DNA from: Octopus bimaculoides
Lineage: Eukaryota
DNA: 64,000 nt
NCBI RefSeq assembly: GCF_001194135.2
Contig: NC_068995.1
Span: 54,460,807-54,524,806, forward strand
Direction of reading: 5' to 3'
The position numbers were made by a program, and so were the translations under genes. How positions within the stretch are numbered: the stretch's first letter is position 1; the number at the start of each line of letters is the position of its first letter. This document shows positions 1 to 13,900 of this stretch, piece after piece. Under the pieces are notes generated by a model. It searched no databases and was not told where the DNA came from. It worked only from the letters and a program-made list of their open reading frames with translations.

Positions 1-1410
1 ATATATATAAGCAGATTTGTATGCTTATTTACATTTTTCAAATCATGAATAAACGCACAACTGGCGTGTTTATTAGAAGCGAGATATATATAGACATGAA
101 ATAATGTAACATTTATCGTATTGTAATATTGCCTCTTGTAACGTAAACATATTTATACGTATCTGTGTAGGCGCCGCTATATTTTTGTGTAAATCTGCTT
201 GTTTCTTCTTTTTTATTATTTTTTGCTTTCTCGGTGTTGAATAAGTGAATGTATGAAAATCTAACTCAGGAGATTACATGTACAAGAATATGATGCCGGT
301 TAGATATGTATGAACAGGCTCTCATGTACAGCAGAGCATGTGTGTGTGTGTGTGTGTGTGTGTGATGGTGTGTATGTGCGTATCGTATGAACGGATACTA
401 CTTTGTGTTGTGTATCTCTTAGTTCACATGTATTTGTGTATTATTACAATTTTTGTATCCACATAGCATATCCTTATTGCATATTTTGCTTTGCAATGAA
501 AACCATTATCATTTCTACACTAAGGGAAAGAAATATTAGACATAAATCTTTTTTGAACTGCCGGTGGTCATGATAACAAATTGAAATGTTGGATCGACAA
601 CTTTTGAAAGCTCTTGCCTGTGTAAGTACTATTTTATCTCTCGAAACGGTACTTCCAACACATACTTACCTCCACAATTTATATGAAATCAACAGCTGTA
701 CAAATCGGTACAACCATCTCGTTAGTAATTCGCATGACGTTATTGCAATAAGACGTACAAAAGTAATTTGGATCGGTGCTTAAAACCACGTAAAGTATAT
801 ATATATATGACAACACCAGAGACAAGCCTCATTCTATCACTGACACTGTAAGAGCAGCGCGGGAGGGAAACTCTGTCTATCAAGCAATAATGGTTGAGTT
901 TTACATTCAAAACTTGCTACTTTGTATCCTATTCACTTTGAGTCTGAATTCAAAATCGTGAGTCAGTGTAAAAATAAGAAAAACGTATGAATTACTTAGA
1001 GAAGTGAAGTATTTGTGAGCATTCAGAATCCGTTTTCTTTTTTAAAATTTTGTTTTGTTTTCTTTTGTTATTCAACAGTGTCTGAATATCAAAATGAGCT
1101 TGTGAAAAGAATGGTTCTGATACTTTTGTTTAGATACTTTATATAACTACAATTGTGATGTACAATACTTTCTTGTATATATTACACCCTATTTGACAAT
1201 GTAAATCGATTTTCCTTTCATAAATAAGCATTAGTCGAAAATACAAAATCAGCGGTATTATATAAATATTTCGCCGGTGTTCATATATCGGAATAAATTC
1301 ATCAGCACCTCAGAATATATTTGGGGGAATACGTAAGACAACACTGTTTTGTAATAGATTTTTTTTTTTTTTTGCTTGAAAACGCGATAACTATTGTATT
1401 AAACTACTTT

Positions 1411-1597
1411 TATTTTCTGGTACTATTTCGGGGAAGGGTTATGTCAATTTCATCGGTCCCAGCGCTCAGCCTGTACTCACTTAATCGAGTCCTAAAGCAT
1501 AAAAAGTGATATCGACTTCGGCGAAATTGAACTCAGAACATAAAGACAGACGACACTGCGCTTTGCCCGGCGTACTAAGGAATCAGCCAGCTCACTT
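1411..1597 (-). mobile_element. tRNA-derived SINE, family B, degenerate copy
   Basis: Contains atcgacttcggcgaaattgaactcagaacataaagacagacg and ctttgcccggcgtactaaggaatcagccagctc, the reverse complement of the head seen in the plus-strand copies at 25310 and 36581. Confidence 0.75.
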
Positions 1598-1611
1598 CTC
1601 TATATTTCATT

Positions 1612-1826
1612 ATCAAATTTTGGTACACGGCCAGCAATTGCAAGTGAGGCAGTAATAAGTCAATTATATCGACCCCAGTGCGCTGCTGTTATCTATGTCT
1701 TGTACCCGCACGAAAATGACAGGAAAAGTCGACCTTCGTGGCATTTGAACCCAGAACGTAAAGACAGACGAAATGTCGTGAAGCGTTTCGTCCAGCATAC
1801 GAACGATTCTGTCTGATCACTGCCTT
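1612..1826 (-). mobile_element. tRNA-derived SINE, family B, near full length (tandem with the previous copy)
   Basis: Runs from tcaaattttggtacacggccagcaatt through gaaaagtcgaccttcgtggcatttgaacccagaacgtaaagacagacgaaat to gaacgattctgtctgatcactgcctt. Colinear with the copies at 41655 and 41861. Confidence 0.85.
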
Positions 1827-4800
1827 AAACCACATCATACCAATATTAATTTATCCCTTTATACACGCCACCCGACTATCTTCCTTGCTATTTTATGAGG
1901 AAGAATAAAATCCAGAATCTCATGACTATAGAATGAATCCATTCTCTGCATGCAATGATAAAATTGCTTAGGTGTAGAATGAAAATGACTCCCCAGTATA
2001 GCTGATGTTTTTTTGGTTGTATTTCAACTGACGCAAACAAGTACACACCTGGCCAACGTTTATACTCTCCTTAAAACCTAGTGCATTGTGACAATTGAAG
2101 GGAATTATATTACTGTTTATGTTATAGCAACTGTTATATTAAAAGCTGTTAAGCTCCCGTTGAAATTATTTTTATACATGTTATATTATAATCGTTGAGC
2201 ATTGTTGCTGCTGTTTACAGATTTCGAACGAGAAAATCCATTGTCGCTTTAAAAAAAAAAAAAAAATTAATTTCTTTTGCTTTTTGAATGCAACACTCTC
2301 TAGGGGTTTTCAGTGCATTGCAAATAAATTGAAATACTACTAGTAACGTCAGTAGAAAATGCCACTTTTTTCGCAGATACCGCTGTTGTTTACACGCCTT
2401 CGGCATAAACCATTGTAAGATATAACCATCAAGTCTGAGGCCCCGTTTTTGACATAAGGTTCACATAATGTTCCAAGTTGGTAGTTTGAAAGGCTTCTTC
2501 ACAATAACTAATTCCCCCTTTCTCTCTCCCCACTTCTTCTTTTCCCTCTCTGTATACATACATACATACATACGTACACATATGCACATATATGCTTGTT
2601 ATTTCCCGAAAGAAAAAAATATCAAAGTTTTAATAACCACCGTTAATATCGTCGACATATTTTCTGTATATTTTCTGTATTTCGTGCTATTACTTTCACT
2701 ACGACTTTTCACGTCAGCTGATTTCGTTGGTGCCATAGCTGTTGCAACGAGAAAGAAACTCTTTGAAAAATTCGATAATATTATAAAATAAAATCTAGAT
2801 CAAATCAAGAAAATTATTTCTTTTATTTCTGGTGCTCATTCACCTATTTCCTCTCTAGCGCTTAACTTCCTTCCACCACTTTTACTATAATGCCTCAGTT
2901 GGTAGCTGAATAGCTCTAACATAAGCAGGTCTAAAATCGCTTGCTTTTGACATGTGGCTGTTACATGTACTTATTTTTAACTAATAAGATAAGTGAATGA
3001 GAAATAAGAAATGTATGGGATTTTAGAATATTTCTTTTTTCTGAGAGAAATATTTTTTGAAATAGAAATAATGGAAAAGTGTCACAAATCATTCAGACAT
3101 AATAACAAAATATATTTAAGACTATAGTTTGCTGCGTTTTGTAAAGAATTAAGTATAAATATGGATAATGAATTCACAGTCTACATCGGATACTGTCTTC
3201 GTACGATTATCATTATTATTTTTAATGCAAATCTTATCATTACTGTTAGTGTTTGTCTTTGCTTGTTTTGTTATTTTGACCTTCGTCTCAGTGAAAGAAA
3301 GTAAATAATCATTACCATATACGTGGCAAGAAATTTTAGTAGGTATTATATAACTTAAAATAGTAGTAGTAAGAGTAGTAATGATGGTATTGGTAGTTGT
3401 AGTAGGAATAGTAGTAGCGGCAGTAGTAGACTACACAATTACTGAAATGTTTTGTTGCTGCTACTCTGGCGATTAGTAATATTTTCAATTAATTAATTTA
3501 AAGTTAGTGAAAGAACATACGATGGAATCACATTTTCCACCGACTAATGGACATAAAAGTAATAATTAAAATAATGTATATTAGAATAGGAATCTAATTG
3601 AGGAAACTAATTATATTCCCCACAAGAATTAACACCGAATTATTTTATGGTTTGGTTGTAGCTATGACAAAAGTTATAAATTAGAATCAAATCAATCAAT
3701 TTGTTATTTTGGTAATGCTTTCCTTTTTTTTTTTCGCAGAATAAACATTTTGCTATTTTTTAATTACAGTAAAAGAAAAAAGAAATACGAGAAATAAATA
3801 ACAATTTGGATACAATATAAAAGAAATTCAAAGGTCAATCAGCAAAAAATAATTATATTGTCTTTGTGTTTCTTTGTAGAAAACTATTTGAACAGTCTTT
3901 ACAAAGTGACAACTGACATTTTGACATTAAACGTTGTAAATGTTCATGTTATAAATGTTGAATTTGTTGTTGTTGCTGATGTCGTCTTGTTCTATTTGGT
4001 GTCTATCCCTAGGTCAGCCCTGACTAATCAAAGCTCTTCAAGATGAACATTCAGTCTTTGATGACACCCCTTCATTATTTGATCATTTCCTCATTGTTCG
4101 AAAGAATAATGTTTCCCCTTCTCCCATTTTTAATCTGTAAGATACGGTGAAAAAATTTTCCCGTTATTACTAATAGGTAGAATCGACTAGGTACAAATCA
4201 TAACATTTTTGCTGGAGTAATATTTCCCTTATATGTCACAGTTTGTTAGTCACTTCGTGGTTTCCATAAGTGATAGTGTTACATGGCTTAGAAATAAATA
4301 AGCTGTTGGGTAAAATTCATGATTGGTCCTGAAAGAAATGTTAGAAAAAGCAAATTTTCATCGAAAATCAAACAAATCAATCTCTAGTTTCACAATACTT
4401 ATGGTGACTGGCAATATATGTTGACCTAGCCTCAATACATCCATACAAATATGCAAAAATAAAACTCACAGTATAGTGATATCATATACTATATTTTAAT
4501 GATATTGTGTCTCCAATATTATCAAGTATATCTTAGAAATTCATCGATAAATTATCAAAATGCTGCAAGTAAAACGGCTGTTGAGTGAATATCTACTACT
4601 CTAGTAATATATTTGCAAGTGTAACGTAAAAGAATATTACACGTAACATTCAACAATGCGTATTGTCATAAATGATAGACATCAGAAGTAAAGGTAATTT
4701 AACATTTCAATTCAGATAGCTACTTTTATTTACATTGAATGTGATGGGCTAAATTAGATCAATTTTCCAAATCCATTAGAAATATTCCTCTGTTGAGAAC

Positions 4801-4862
4801 AATAAACATTAAAAAAAACATACACAAACGTAAACATACCCATATGTATACATGCATACATG

Positions 4863-4904
<42 letters not shown>

Positions 4905-5034
4905 AATATGTATATATGTATGTATACATATATGTGTGTATATATATTTATATATATGTATATATATATATACATATATTTATAGATAGATAGATAGATA
5001 GATACATACATACATACATACATATAGATATATA

Positions 5035-5220
5035 GGGACAGGACTTGCTACCCGACTACATGGTTCCGGGATCACGCCCACTGCGTGCCAGCTTGGGCAA
5101 ATGTCTTCTACTATAGCATACTATAGCCTCTACTATAGCCTTCTACTATAGCCTTCTACTATAGCCTCGGGCCAGCCAAAGCCGTTTCAGTGGATTTGGC
5201 AGATGGACACTGAAAGAAGC

Positions 5221-5222
<2 letters not shown>
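5035..5222 (+). mobile_element. tRNA-derived SINE, family A, 5' half with an internal tandem expansion
   Basis: catggttccgggatcacgcccactgcgtgccagcttgggcaaatgtcttctactatagc...tcgggccagccaaagcc...gtggatttggcagatggacactgaaagaagccg matches the copies at 37418, 39920, 44166 and 61855. Followed by (CT)n, (TA)n and a gap. Confidence 0.85.
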
Positions 5223-5270
<48 letters not shown>

Positions 5271-5979
5271 ATATNNNNNNNNNNNNNNNNNNNNNNNNNN
5301 NNNNNNNNNNNNNNNNNNNNNNNNNNNNNNNNNNNNNNNNNNNNNNNNNNNNNNNNNNNNNNNNNNNNNNNNNNNNNNNNNNNNNNNNNNNNNNNNNNNN
5401 NNNNNNNNNNNNNNNNNNNNNNNNNNNNNNNNNNNNNNNNNNNNNNNNNNNNNNNNNNNNNNNNNNNNNNNNNNNNNNNNNNNNNNNNNNNNNNNNNNNN
5501 NNNNNNNNNNNNNNNNNNNNNNNNNNNNNNNNNNNNNNNNNNNNNNNNNNNNNNNNNNNNNNNNNNNNNNNNNNNNNNNNNNNNNNNNNNNNNNNNNNNN
5601 NNNNNNNNNNNNNNNNNNNNNNNNNNNNNNNNNNNNNNNNNNNNNNNNNNNNNNNNNNNNNNNNNNNNNNNNNNNNNNNNNNNNNNNNNNNNNNNNNNNN
5701 NNNNNNNNNNNNNNNNNNNNNNNNNNNNNNNNNNNNNNNNNNNNNNNNNNNNNNNNNNNNNNNNNNNNNNNNNNNNNNNNNNNNNNNNNNNNNNNNNNNN
5801 NNNNNNNNNNNNNNNNNNNNNNNNNNNNNNNNNNNNNNNNNNNNNNNNNNNNNNNNNNNNNNNNNNNNNNNNNNNNNNNNNNNNNNNNNNNNNNNNNNNN
5901 NNNNNNNNNNNNNNNNNNNNNNNNNNNNNNNNNNNNNNNNNNNNNNNNNNNNNNNNNNNNNNNNNNNNNNNNNNNNNNN

Positions 5980-6034
<55 letters not shown>

Positions 6035-7047
6035 TCGTGTGTGTGTGTGTGTTTGTATATCAACCTATCTATGTATATATCTCTATATATATGTATATAT
6101 AATAATAAGCACGGGTCATATACTGGATTACCTCATGTATATGTTTAATCTTGGTGTACCTGCTGTAGAAGGACGTCACCTACCAAATTATTTTATTTGC
6201 TAAAATAAGTCTGAAACCATGGTCCAGGAGTTAGATGGTAAATGTTTTTATTTTTCATTCCCTTCGAAGTTTTATCTCTAATAGTGGTTTGGAACTTAGC
6301 TGTTATTTCTAGCTTGCAAGGAATCCTATGATGGATACCTCTTATGTATTTAAATGTACACTGTATTTATATACACGCGCTTTTTCGTGAGCAGAACTGA
6401 CGGACTCTTCATTCTTACTGCCTACTGAATTTGATTCATATTTTACTGTAATCAAGCTGTTCAAAACCTACAAAATTATTCGTCACACAAAATAGGTTTC
6501 TTTTTAGTCTTTTTCCGAATGATTGGAGTACTATATGATAATGTACATATTTTCAGACTTTCTACCTTGCGGTTTGCTTCTTTTACAGCCGCTATATTAC
6601 AATCATTCAAACTAGAAATGCATATTTCTAGAAGAATAATTAAAAATTCAACCTTCATTGTAATGCGCAATTAATATAATATTCTTGTAAGTGACGTTCA
6701 CTGCGTCTCTAAAGAAGAGACTATTTTGTTTTCTATTTCTCAATTTCGAACTCCATTGCGACTACGCGTACATCTGAAAGAAATTGTCTCCATTTGCCAT
6801 AAACTCTATAATGAATATAGCATTTTAGACATGACTGAGGAAATTAACTAAATAACTATACAACTCCCTACATTTCTTACCTTTTAATCTCCCATCCTCC
6901 ATGTACACATATGTATGAATAACTCCGTAGGTAGGGATATATATATATATATAAATATATATATAAATATATATATTCGGTGTGTTATGTACCCGAAAGA
7001 GAAGAACATTTAAAGCATAGACCAGTAATGTATTTATATGCAGTTGA

Positions 7048-7208
7048 GTCTATGTCCGGTCATAGAGTGACCAATGGTTTCGATTCCATAAAAGGGCTCA
7101 GAGTTTAAAGCCGAACAGCTATATGTCTATAGAGTCTAAGAGATCGTCTATGATGCTAAGCCCTTTATGGATGCGAAACCATTGGCCACTCTATGACCGG
7201 ACATAGAC
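7048..7208. mobile_element. MITE-like element / long inverted repeat (about 51-bp arms, 60-bp spacer)
   Basis: 7048-7098 (gtctatgtccggtcatagagtgaccaatggtttcgattccataaaagggct) is the reverse complement of 7159-7208 apart from 3 substitutions and 1 indel. No coding capacity. Confidence 0.75.
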
Positions 7209-7411
7209 ATAAGAGCATATATTTATAAACATATTGATATTTGGTATTGTATGAGTATCAATCTTCCTGTCAATATACCATTCTGTTTCTGTTTAACCCC
7301 TCCTCCATATATACACATATATATGTACATATATTACTACATATATATGTATCTGTATAAACACACACATACACACACTCACACATATCTATATATTTAC
7401 AGTTAGAGGTG

Positions 7412-7472
<61 letters not shown>

Positions 7473-8947
7473 CTGATTCTTGCATTATATACATACACAT
7501 AATTAGTCGGAATGATGCGCATTCACTAATATTGTCTTTGTACTTGAGGGATGAAAATGTCTGCAGATAAGCAAAGAAAAATCAATCATGCTTCTTAGCC
7601 TTTTCACAGAGACATGTAATCAATTACAAGAGTCGTTTACCTTTCGTCCATTCCTTTTCGCAAAACTGTCGCTAACATTTTTTTTCAGTAAACATCGCGT
7701 ATGTCACGATAACCTTTATTTGTAAGAGGTGATAGTATTTCTACAAGAAGAAAATAAATTATATAAATATTCATTGAAATATTTCACATTTTGGTATTGT
7801 ATCGGTGTACAACATCCGTTTGTTTTTTCTGTACATCCATCGAAGTTATTGTATTTGAAAATCTCTCAGTCTGTTTGACCCAAATTCGCATCGTTTACAC
7901 ACACACACAAAGTCACAAACATACACATACATATATATGTATACATGTATATATAGATATGTGTATATATACACACATATACATGTATATATANNNNNNN
8001 NNNNNNNNNNNNNNNNNNNNNNNNNNNNNNNNNNNNNNNNNNNNNNNNNNNNNNNNNNNNNNNNNNNNNNNNNNNNNNNNNNNNNNNNNNNNNNNNNNNN
8101 NNNNNNNNNNNNNNNNNNNNNNNNNNNNNNNNNNNNNNNNNNNNNNNNNNNNNNNNNNNNNNNNNNNNNNNNNNNNNNNNNNNNNNTGTATATATGTATA
8201 TATATGTGTATGTGTAAGTAGATAGATAGATAGACATAGATATAGATATGTATTAATATTAAACACACTCACGAATATACATTCACAAATTTACACACAC
8301 ACACCCACACGCACACACACACACTCACACACATATGTATATATATATATATATATACACACACACATAGATTTACATATAGATATTTGTTTCTATGCTG
8401 TTTTCCTCCTTCTGGCTTGTTATTATTCCTCCCTATTATTTTTGAAGCCAGCTAAATGATAGTTGTAGGAAACATAATGAAAAGTATTACACTTCCCATT
8501 CGCAATATATTTTCTGCAAGCGAACCATTCATTTTTTTTCTTTTTCAATGTGTCTGCCTAAGCTTTGATGTCACTCATACGATCAACTACGTTACTGCTG
8601 AGAAGATATTAATGGTAATGGGCAAGAATCAATAGATTATTTTCCTACAAAACGTGTTCTTGACTTGATGCGATAAAAGAGAAGACAAAGAAAATAAAGA
8701 AAGAACGAACGTATGATTGATGCTCTGTGAACATAAGAGCGGGGAGTAAGGAAAACATGTCGAAAGAGGAAAAACCGAAGTTAATGTTTGATGCAGTAAT
8801 CTATTCTGTGCGTGCCTGGTCGCGTAGGCGTGCATATGATAGTTGGGGAATGTTGTATGTGGATGTTTGTATCGCTGTGTATCGGTTTGTATGACGACTG
8901 TAGGAGTGTATGCCATCGGTGAATACGTATGCATGTGTGTCTTTCAG

Positions 8948-9004
8948 GAACGAAGACATTTCAGAAACAGTTGTTTATAAGCAGTTCGCTGACACTGACA
9001 ACAG
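8948..9004 (+). other. Candidate 57-bp exon (unverified)
   Basis: Acceptor tgtgtctttcAG|G and donor cag|GTgtgt; length divisible by 3; two frames open (NEDISETVVYKQFADTDN or TKTFQKQLFISSSLTLTT). No recognisable homology. Confidence 0.15.
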
Positions 9005-9021
9005 GTGTGTGAATGTATGTA

Positions 9022-9107
<86 letters not shown>
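9022..9107. repeat. (ATCT)n tetranucleotide microsatellite
   Basis: Direct reading: about 20 near-perfect ATCT units. Confidence 0.95.
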
Positions 9108-9108
<1 letters not shown>

Positions 9109-10118
9109 GTACCTATCTATCTATTAACCTGCATGTATATATATANNNNNNNNNNNNNNNNNNNNNNNNNNNNNNNNNNNNNNNNNNNNNNNNNNNNNNN
9201 NNNNNNNNNNNNNNNNNNNNNNNNNNNNNNNNNNNNNNNNNNNNNNNNNNNNNNNNNNNNNNNNNNNNNNNNNNNNNNNNNNNNNNNNNNNNNNNNNNNN
9301 NNNNNNNNNNNNNNNNNNNNNNNNNNNNNNNNNNNNNNNNNNNNNNNNNNNNNNNNNNNNNNNNNNNNNNNNNNNNNNNNNNNNNNNNNNNNNNNNNNNN
9401 NNNNNNNNNNNNNNNNNNNNNNNNNNNNNNNNNNNNNNNNNNNNNNNNNNNNNNNNNNNNNNNNNNNNNNNNNNNNNNNNNNNNNNNNNNNNNNNNNNNN
9501 NNNNNNNNNNNNNNNNNNNNNNNNNNNNNNNNNNNNNNNNNNNNNNNNNNNNNNNNNNNNNNNNNNNNNNNNNNNNNNNNNNNNNNNNNNNNNNNNNNNN
9601 NNNNNNNNNNNNNNNNNNNNNNNNNNNNNNNNNNNNNNNNNNNNNNNNNNNNNNNNNNNNNNNNNNNNNNNNNNNNNNNNNNNNNNNNNNNNNNNNNNNN
9701 NNNNNNNNNNNNNNNNNNNNNNNNNNNNNNNNNNNNNNNNNNNNNNNNNNNNNNNNNNNNNNNNNNNNNNNNNNNNNNNNNNNNNNNNNNNNNNNNNNNN
9801 NNNNNNNNNNNNNNNNNNNNNNNNNNNNNNNNNNNNNNNNNNNNNNNNNNNNNNNNNNNNNNNNNNNNNNNNNNNNNNNNNNNNNNNNNNNNNNNNNNNN
9901 NNNNNNNNNNNNNNNNNNNNNNNNNNNNNNNNNNNNNNNNNNNNNNNNNNNNNNNNNNNNNNNNNNNNNNNNNNNNNNNNNNNNNNNNNNNNNNNNNNNN
10001 NNNNNNNNNNNNNNNNNNNNNNNNNNNNNNNNNNNNNNNNNNNNNNNNNNNNNNNNNNNNNNNNNNNNNNNNNNNNNNNNNNNNNNNNNNNNNNNNNNNN
10101 NNNNNNNNNNNNNNNNNN

Positions 10119-10159
<41 letters not shown>

Positions 10160-10754
10160 ATACATCTGGATGTATATATATATAATATATGCAGTTCTTT
10201 CTGTGGTAGGAAATAAGTATACGCTGTCGTCTTCCTAATACTTTGAGTGGGAAACACTGCAGCTGGTGTGTTTCTTATTTCATTATTTCATCGGTTTCCT
10301 ACCTCGATGGGTACAATTGCCCAAGGACGATATCTCTTTGTCTTGAGCATTAAGATAACAGAGTTTAACCCTAACAAATTAAGACATCAAAGATAAACTG
10401 GACAATATACATATGCATTACACCAGCATTGTGTTATTACTTTTATTTTTTTCAGTAACGCGGCAGCATATATTGGCATTTGGATTGATAATGTAAAAGC
10501 GATAACCTAAAGGACGGAACATAGATAGCATATGAAATGTAGATAACCTGTATATGAATGTAGCAAAATCGATACATGTGTGTACATGTGCGCATATAAA
10601 TATAATATGTACACACACTGTCACACAAACACACACGGCCGCACTCATACGCACACATATATGAATATAGATGTATTTTCATATACGTGTTCACATATGT
10701 ACTTACACGTTTACACATACGCACATAAAGACACCTTTTCGCTCTCTCTCACTC

Positions 10755-10790
<36 letters not shown>

Positions 10791-10927
10791 TATATAAGTA
10801 TATGCAGTATTCTTACTTTTATTTAGTCAGTGTTCTTATTGAATTGTGGCTTTGCTGGGTCACCACATTTTAGGCTATCATAAACTGCATCGATCCCTGC
10901 ACATACTTTACAGCTAATAATTATGTT

Positions 10928-10974
<47 letters not shown>

Positions 10975-13900
10975 NNNNNNNNNNNNNNNNNNNNNNNNNN
11001 NNNNNNNNNNNNNNNNNNNNNNNNNNNNNNNNNNNNNNNNNNNNNNNNNNNNNNNNNNNNNNNNNNNNNNNNNNNNNNNNNNNNNNNNNNNNNNNNNNNN
11101 NNNNNNNNNNNNNNNNNNNNNNNNNNNNNNNNTATATACAGACAGAGAGAGCGTATGTGACAGGGTAATTGCAAGAAATATGGAATAAAAGATAAGAGTA
11201 AATGATGCAGCAGATAAAGGCGACTAACAACAGCGGTTTCTTAGTTTATCTAATTCAATCCACAACCGTTACGAAAATAAAGCTAAAGTGAGGTATTTTG
11301 TTTCAGAGAATTGGATAAAATAAATAGCTCGCAACGTGACTCACACACAGTCAGTTACTCACTCACACACACACAAACACACACACACACACATAAACAC
11401 TCACAGACACACAAACACACACACACACAAACACACACCCATTAGTGCAGTATTTATTCTCAAGAAGCTTTCTCTCATATCTATGTGTGCATACGTGTGC
11501 GTATGTGTATGCATATATTCATATATATATATGTGTATGTGCCTGTATATGCGTGTAAGAGTATGAATGTGAGTGTTTGTATGTGTGTGTGTTTCAGTAG
11601 TATATGTATGAACATGTGTGCTTTGGGAAAGTTACCGACGGTGGATTTTTGTTTGTGATGTAATAAACGTAGTTGTTTGATATATATTGAACGCTGTTCC
11701 TATACTCCCAATAATATTGCAGGCTATCTTATTTCATCAAGTTTGCTGTAGAAATATTCTGAGGTTTTTTAAAATTGAACGATTACAAGAACATTAATTT
11801 ATGGCTAATATATATGAGACATCTTTACAAAACTGCTCGCTGCAAATATGTTTATCAACACTCAGTGGACATGTCAGTTGGCTTACTCCCATTTACATTT
11901 CCTTGAACTGCGTGTCATACAAATTTTATGCCTAAAAAATATCTATATTTTGTTTAAATATTTCGTTGACTTTTCCAAATGTTTCAATTCATTTTACTAT
12001 GAATGTGTATCATAATCATAGTTGTCGAATAAAGTCTATTATATTTTTGCCAATACTTATTCATGAATTTTACTCTCGAGTACCAATATTAGATCGTTTA
12101 AATTTGTTCCATTTCCTTTCTGAATTTTATGAAATCTATTTAAACAACATTTCTTGGTAAATTTGTAAACTTTGAACTATTTAATATAGCATGTTGGTTT
12201 GTTAAATATATATATATATATATATGTATNNNNNNNNNNNNNNNNNNNNNNNNNNNNNNNNNNNNNNNNNNNNNNNNNNNNNNNNNNNNNNNNNNNNNNN
12301 NNNNNNNNNNNNNNNNNNNNNNNNNNNNNNNNNNNNNNNNNNNNNNNNNNNNNNNNNNNNNNNNNNNNNNNNNNNNNNNNNNNNNNNNNNNNNNNNNAGA
12401 GAGAGAACAAAGAATCATTATCTCTCTATAACAGGTAAAATACTGCAATAATAATTACGGATTGGTAAATGAGAAGAAATAAAACAAAAGGTCGTAAAAA
12501 AACCCCTTAAAATAGATTTTAGAGGATTTTAAATATTTTGGATTTTAAAGAGATTTGTAAAACTCATGGAAATATGCATTGTTCAAATAATTCAAGTTTA
12601 CCTGATGAGAAAATCTTCAAGCAAAGAAAGATGGCGTGCTTGAATGATAAATATTATTTTCCATTTATGTAGTCGAAGAAATGTTTGATTTTATAGACAA
12701 GTCTTACTGAATCACTTACTACATTGTACTGTCAAGATGTAAAACTTCCTATTTATGTCAGATTTTACAATATTGATTTCTTCGAAAATGTAAAATAACG
12801 GAAAAGCAGTGTGATTACATAACATGCAGAATATTCCTAAGCAGATTAATCATATGTCTACGAAGGAGAATCATTGTATGGTCACTTTGTTTGTCGATAT
12901 AATACAAAACCAAATATCAAACAAGAGGAAGCATGTTGCGATTTAATCCCTCTCTAAATAGCATTAGCAATGAGAATGAATTGACATTAATCGGTGGTTA
13001 AATACCGAATTAAGAATTTGAATCACTAGGAGATTATTTTTTCGTTACACAAGCTCATAAAACTCAAAGTTGTTTTACTTCTCCTAGTCCAATAATATTA
13101 AATTTCGGTAATATTATTTGGAATGGTATCAGTGGAGTAGAAATTTCAGCTAAAAGAAATTCCCAGAAACTTATGTATTTCTGTATAACCAATACTTGAC
13201 TTCTGTTCCAATGGTCAATGGAAACTAATATAACAATATATCTGACGCATCATTTGTCTGACAAAAGTAACCTATAAATATCATCAACCTTTATTCGAAA
13301 TTGCATCTCACTCTTTCAAATCTCTCTCCAAAAGAAAAGAACAACTACTTTGTAAACGTAAGTATAATAGGGTATTTTAACTAGGTTATGTTTGGGCGAG
13401 AATTAGTTGCAGAAACAGAAGTGACTATCTCTTTGTGGTGTTACAAATTTTCAAAGAACAGCATCGATGTCTGGTTGGGCTAACACTACTAACATATATA
13501 TACTCTCCCTTTTCCGCTTTATTAGACTAAGGAAAATGTCCTTTGTAGCTTCATCTACTTGCACATAATCGTACGTTCGCGTACGAAAGATGCAGTCGAT
13601 AGAATAGTTGTAATCTATTAACACATTAATAATTAATTTTTGGCAGCATGAGATGAATATAAATTATGCAGAGGTTCTCAATATATGCGTGGGTGTATAT
13701 ATCTGTATATATATATATATACATATGTATATATATGTATATATCTATTTATGAATTTATGTGTGTGTGTACGTATGTATATGAGGTATGCATATTTTTA
13801 CAACATGGTGTGTGGTTTCCTGTTTGTATTTCGAAAGCCACCTCTTTGCAGACTGGATTGATTCCTTTATATTGCTTTAATGTAGTAGATCTGAAAACGT

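Noticed and set aside
558-605. WD40-like peptide TAGGHDNKLKCWIDNF
   Set aside because: Bounded by in-frame stops with no usable splice acceptor; treated as coincidence.
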